Shown here one piece after another: positions 60,276-64,000 of a DNA stretch of 64,000 bases (position 1 is its first letter; each line of letters starts with the position of its first letter). Source of the DNA: Minutocellus sp. GHC0000111 (taxonomy: Eukaryota). The notes under the pieces are model-generated. The model had not been told where the DNA came from. It did no database searches and saw only the letters and a list, made by a program, of their open reading frames with translations. A program made the translations under genes and the position numbers. The DNA is taken from assembly GCA_977018835.1 (NCBI GenBank), contig OZ361257.1, positions 3,224,001 through 3,288,000 of the forward strand. The letters run 5' to 3'.

Positions 60276-61547
60276 ATGAGTTCCGCATCTCCCCGAATGG
60301 CAGCAGCTAGTCTCATTCTTCTCGGCGGTCTGGCGAGCATTGCAACGACCTCGGCTCAGCAACGAGCCGTCGGTGGTGGTCTCCGCCGTTTTCGGTTGTT
60401 CAACTACAAATCCAATAATGGCGTCGATTCCAAGTCGTACTTTGATGAATCGCCGCTCATCCATGAGGCATTCGGTGATTTTGAAGACATTGCCGAGACA
60501 GAATATTTCTTCCGCAATCTGGGAAGTATGAGCAGCAGCATGACGAGCAAGTCGAGATCGAGCAGCAAATCCAAGGATGGAGGACGTGACGACGGCCCAT
60601 CGCCAACTCCAAAGCCGCCGACGGGAGGTCCGCAACCGACGCCTGGCCCGGGGCCAACTCCGGGCCCCCCTACAATGGTGAAGCCACCGACGATGAATCC
60701 AGGACCTGTTCCCACTCCTAAGCCTCCCACGGCTGGTCCAGGACCGACTCCTGTCCCACCCCCGCCAACCAAAGCCCCGACCTCCTCTGATACTGATTCG
60801 CCCACAATGGCCCCTACGCGAAATTGCAATCTCAGACCCGAAAAGCGTAATAAGGAAATCCTGAACCGCCTCTCTTCGGTATCGTCCAAGGACGATCTTA
60901 GAGATTTTACCACCCCTCAGGGTATGGCATATGAGTTCATCACGGAGGATGATAGAGCTCAACTTTGTCCCGACGACGACAATCTTACCCAAAGATACAT
61001 CGCGGCTGTGCTGTACTACTCCACCGAAGGAGATGGTTGGACAGAATGTTTCGAGGGCGACCGCGACTGTGGAAAAGGCATTAGCAAATATGGTGGAAAG
61101 GAGGCGTTCCTGAGCGAGGATAGTGAATGCGAATGGGCGGGACTAACCTGCAATAGAAGTGGACAGCTTGAGAGAATTGAGCTTTGTAAGTTGTTGCAAT
61201 GGTCCTATCTTTCCTGTTGAATATTTTGTGCAAGGATGTGTGCTGGCTAGTATGCCTACGTCGTATCGGTCTGTTTTCTCATCGTATGATTTCTTGTCTC
61301 TCAATCTTATGGTCATTTGTAATGTGTAGATGACAACAATCTCGGAGGAAGTATCCCCTCCGAACTAGCAGAGCTCATGTCGGTCGACACTATCGAGTTG
61401 CAGGAAAATATGATTACAGGCTCAATGCCAGGCGAGATTTGCGATAACGTATCTCCCTTGGGCATGATTACGAGTCTCACTACGGATTGCTCAGGTGCCG
61501 AACCCCTTGTAGAATGTGAATGCTGCACACGATGCTACCGACCATAG
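60276..61547 (+). CDS. Secreted Pro/Thr-rich LRR-cap protein (exons 60276-61185, 61330-61547)
   Basis: Signal peptide, PTPKPPT repeats, QRYIAAVLYYST, NNLGGSIPSEL, CECCTRC. Confidence 0.88.
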
Positions 61548-61793
61548 TTCTTCCTTCGCATTTGGCTATATGTTCAAGTTCATTACAACCCGTCGTTGGT
61601 GTACAGATCTAAAATGACATTATACTACTCACTTCAACATGAGCTTTGTGCCTTTTTGTCTACTACATGTACATGTAGCTCGTACGTACCTGGGTAGCTA
61701 GAGCAGAGCAAGGCATCTATTGATACTGATTTCTAGCAAGCATTAAATCTGTTAGTGACCCAGCCCTCACCTCTGCCACCCGTATTTGTATCT

Positions 61794-62186
61794 TCAGTCG
61801 GCGCAAAACCCTTCACTATGGTCGGTACCTCCTGATTCACCTTCGTACGCACCCTCAAGAGCAAGCAAGGTGCCCATTATCGTCATTACGCGGTCCATGT
61901 CGCCTTCTTCTGTGGCGACCTTCATTTCCTTCTTCAGCTTAGCAATCTCGTTCGAAGGGTTTTGTGTAATTGACTCGTCGAAGAGGCCGTCTTCGGCATT
62001 GGTCTCCTCGGAATCCTCCATTGCGTGGAGAGCTGATATTCTTGTCACGAGAACAGCATGAGTCGATTGTTGTCTTCTTGCCATTATTCGTCTGCTGCTG
62101 CTGCTGCTGCTCGACCAGGAGAGAGAGTCAGCTGTGTGCAGTTGTGCCACAGCTGTAGCAGCTGCAATCGTCAACCTCTTGTTCAT
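61794..62186 (-). CDS. Small hypothetical protein with a signal-like N-terminus
   Basis: 130-aa ORF starting with ATG. Confidence 0.55.
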   Translation of the reverse strand: MNKRLTIAAATAVAQLHTADSLSWSSSSSSSRRIMARRQQSTHAVLVTRISALHAMEDSEETNAEDGLFDESITQNPSNEIAKLKKEMKVATEEGDMDRVMTIMGTLLALEGAYEGESGGTDHSEGFCAD

Positions 62187-62408
62187 ACTCTACTAGCACT
62201 GGTGTCTTGTTGCCGAGCAAGCGTTGTGGTTCAATTGCCGTCTGGGCGGGAGCGCGGACGTCTGTCGTCGCTAATAACACTCCCGAACTAATTTCTTTCC
62301 CCATATTTAGCCTCAACTCCTAAATTAGAGGAGTAATTATCAGGTGTGCACGCACGGCGCACGTCACTGTTCGTCGAGAACGATACGAGGCATGCCATTG
62401 CAGCAACA

Positions 62409-63113
62409 ATGACGAGAATGATGTCTATCATTTTTATTGTCGTCTTTGTTGGCTGCATCTTTGTCGCCCCTACGGACGCCTTTGTGTCGCCTCTGGGTTT
62501 CCAGCGTAATACAAAGTTGCAATTGTCAGCAACAGCAGCAACCGAGAGCAAGGCAACGCTCACGGAGGAGACTACGTGGAGATTTAGTCTCAACTGCTAT
62601 GGATTGCCTACAAAGCAGGGCAAACGAGCTGATCAACTCTTCGTTTTGGAAACGCAATTCATCGAAGAGGAGGGTTATGAACCCCCCCAGGGATCATTGA
62701 GGCAAATTGGCCTTAGCGCTCAAAGTGATGATTCAGAGAACGGCAATGGAAGTATCAATAGCAAGATTGAACTAGTTTCAAGTCGGTGGCAACTTTCTGA
62801 GGATCCCAGCGAAAGGAAGGATGGCCTATGGGTTTGGGGGCTATTCAAGGAGCCCCTTTATCCGTTTTTGCTGCTACAGATGGAAATTAAGGAGATTCCA
62901 TTGCCTGGAAGTGATGGAGACGCAATTAAACCGCTCAAGTTGTACGCTCAGCTTACTCACAAGCGTGATCGAGATACGGGAAATGTCGAACTTGGCGGTG
63001 CTCCTCTGAATGTACGAGAAGTTGAAACGATCAAAGCGGATCCTTTCGGAGCGGCAAAGGTTGATATTTATGACGAAATTGACGTGGGGAGATTGAATGT
63101 TTCGCCTCTTTAA
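62409..63113 (+). CDS. Plastid-targeted conserved hypothetical protein
   Basis: Signal peptide + TDA-FVSP; EEEGYEPPQG and WQLSEDP..RKDGLWVWGLFKEPLYP motifs. Confidence 0.85.
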   Translation: MTRMMSIIFIVVFVGCIFVAPTDAFVSPLGFQRNTKLQLSATAATESKATLTEETTWRFSLNCYGLPTKQGKRADQLFVLETQFIEEEGYEPPQGSLRQIGLSAQSDDSENGNGSINSKIELVSSRWQLSEDPSERKDGLWVWGLFKEPLYPFLLLQMEIKEIPLPGSDGDAIKPLKLYAQLTHKRDRDTGNVELGGAPLNVREVETIKADPFGAAKVDIYDEIDVGRLNVSPL

Positions 63114-63251
63114 AAGTCATGTGCTGTAAAAAAACATTTTTACACATTTCTATATGCCATGGAGTTTAATTTTTATGTAGACGTAAGGGAGTATGCAAAT
63201 TAAGGTCCAAACACATCATATTGACATGCAAAATTGCAACCACCAATAAAC

Positions 63252-63931
63252 TTATTGCTCGGTCTTCTTTTCGGCGTCGGCATCTACGGCTGCTTCTTCT
63301 GCTTCAGGCTTGTCAGTCAAATAATCCGCATTTATCTTTCGTCCCAAGTGCCAGGCCGAGCTACCAAACAGAGCAACATTGACACTGCACAGCGTGTAGT
63401 TGATTGGGGTCACGAGCAGAGAATATCTACTGAAAAAGAAACCAGTCAAAGTCAATGCAGTGTACTGGGCGATGGAGATCTTATCCGTCGGCCTGTTGAG
63501 ATCCATAAACGATGCGCCACTGATCAGCCACTTCGACATTGGAGCCCAGAAGTGCACGGTGAATGGACCGGCATCGGCAGCTGCAATGCTTGAGATGATG
63601 CCAAGATTGGCTCCGCTTAGCATGGACTGGAGCGTAGGGCCAAGAACAACAAAGGCGCCGGCACCTGCGGCAGTGGCGGCAGCCTTGGCGGTAATGTCTT
63701 TCACCTGCTCGGTCTCTCCCTGGTCCATCTTGTAATCAAGAGCGCGGCGCATCTGGTTGCACTGAGCAACGACATTGGTCACGTGGCATCCACACAGAAG
63801 CATGTTGCGTGGTTTGACAATGTAGGCCCATCGAGCGAACAGGGAGGAATACACAATAAGAACTCCAGTCATGTTCAACGATATGATTTCCGGCCCTTGG
63901 TTGACGGCATCGGATATGACCGCACCAGACA
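63252..63931 (-). CDS. MPC: Mitochondrial pyruvate carrier, MPC1-MPC2 fusion; last exon (gene continues beyond the window)
   Basis: PEIISLNMT..L..YS.LF.RWA...PRNMLL..CH..N (MPC1-like) followed in frame by GPFTVHFWAP..KW...D..RP..KIS..Q (MPC2-like). Confidence 0.9.
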
Positions 63932-64000
63932 CTGCATGTTGGTTGATGAAAAGGCGGAAATTAGAGGGGTAATAAGAATGTATGTCGTGAGTGGACTGCG

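Overview
Gene-dense eukaryotic nuclear DNA, most likely a diatom. Evidence: short GT-AG introns, signal peptide + AF plastid-targeting presequences, mitochondrial-type pyruvate kinase and a fused MPC1-MPC2 carrier. A CFAP45 gene suggests a lineage with flagellated sperm (centric). About 28 genes are present, including V-ATPase B and G (head-to-head), OLA1/YchF, MTHFR, PP2C, SOUL, FAS1, LRR proteins and an AAA ATPase. Four things stand out. (1) Transposon-derived islands (7.8-9.8 kb, 48.8-51.0 kb, and probably 1.9-2.6 kb) show directional TpA->TpG/CpA decay with CpG retained, resembling an inverse RIP. (2) A 4 x 1730-bp tandem array covers the 3' part of pyruvate kinase, and every copy carries the same two frameshifts. 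(3) Frameshifts, nonsense codons and missense changes at conserved sites recur in many ordinary genes, suggesting a decaying haplotype or paralogous block, or assembly error. (4) There is a nested MITE stack, a 5'-truncated RLE retrotransposon with a 14-bp TSD, and a Helitron remnant beside decayed gene fragments. All calls are from manual reading; no database searches were run.
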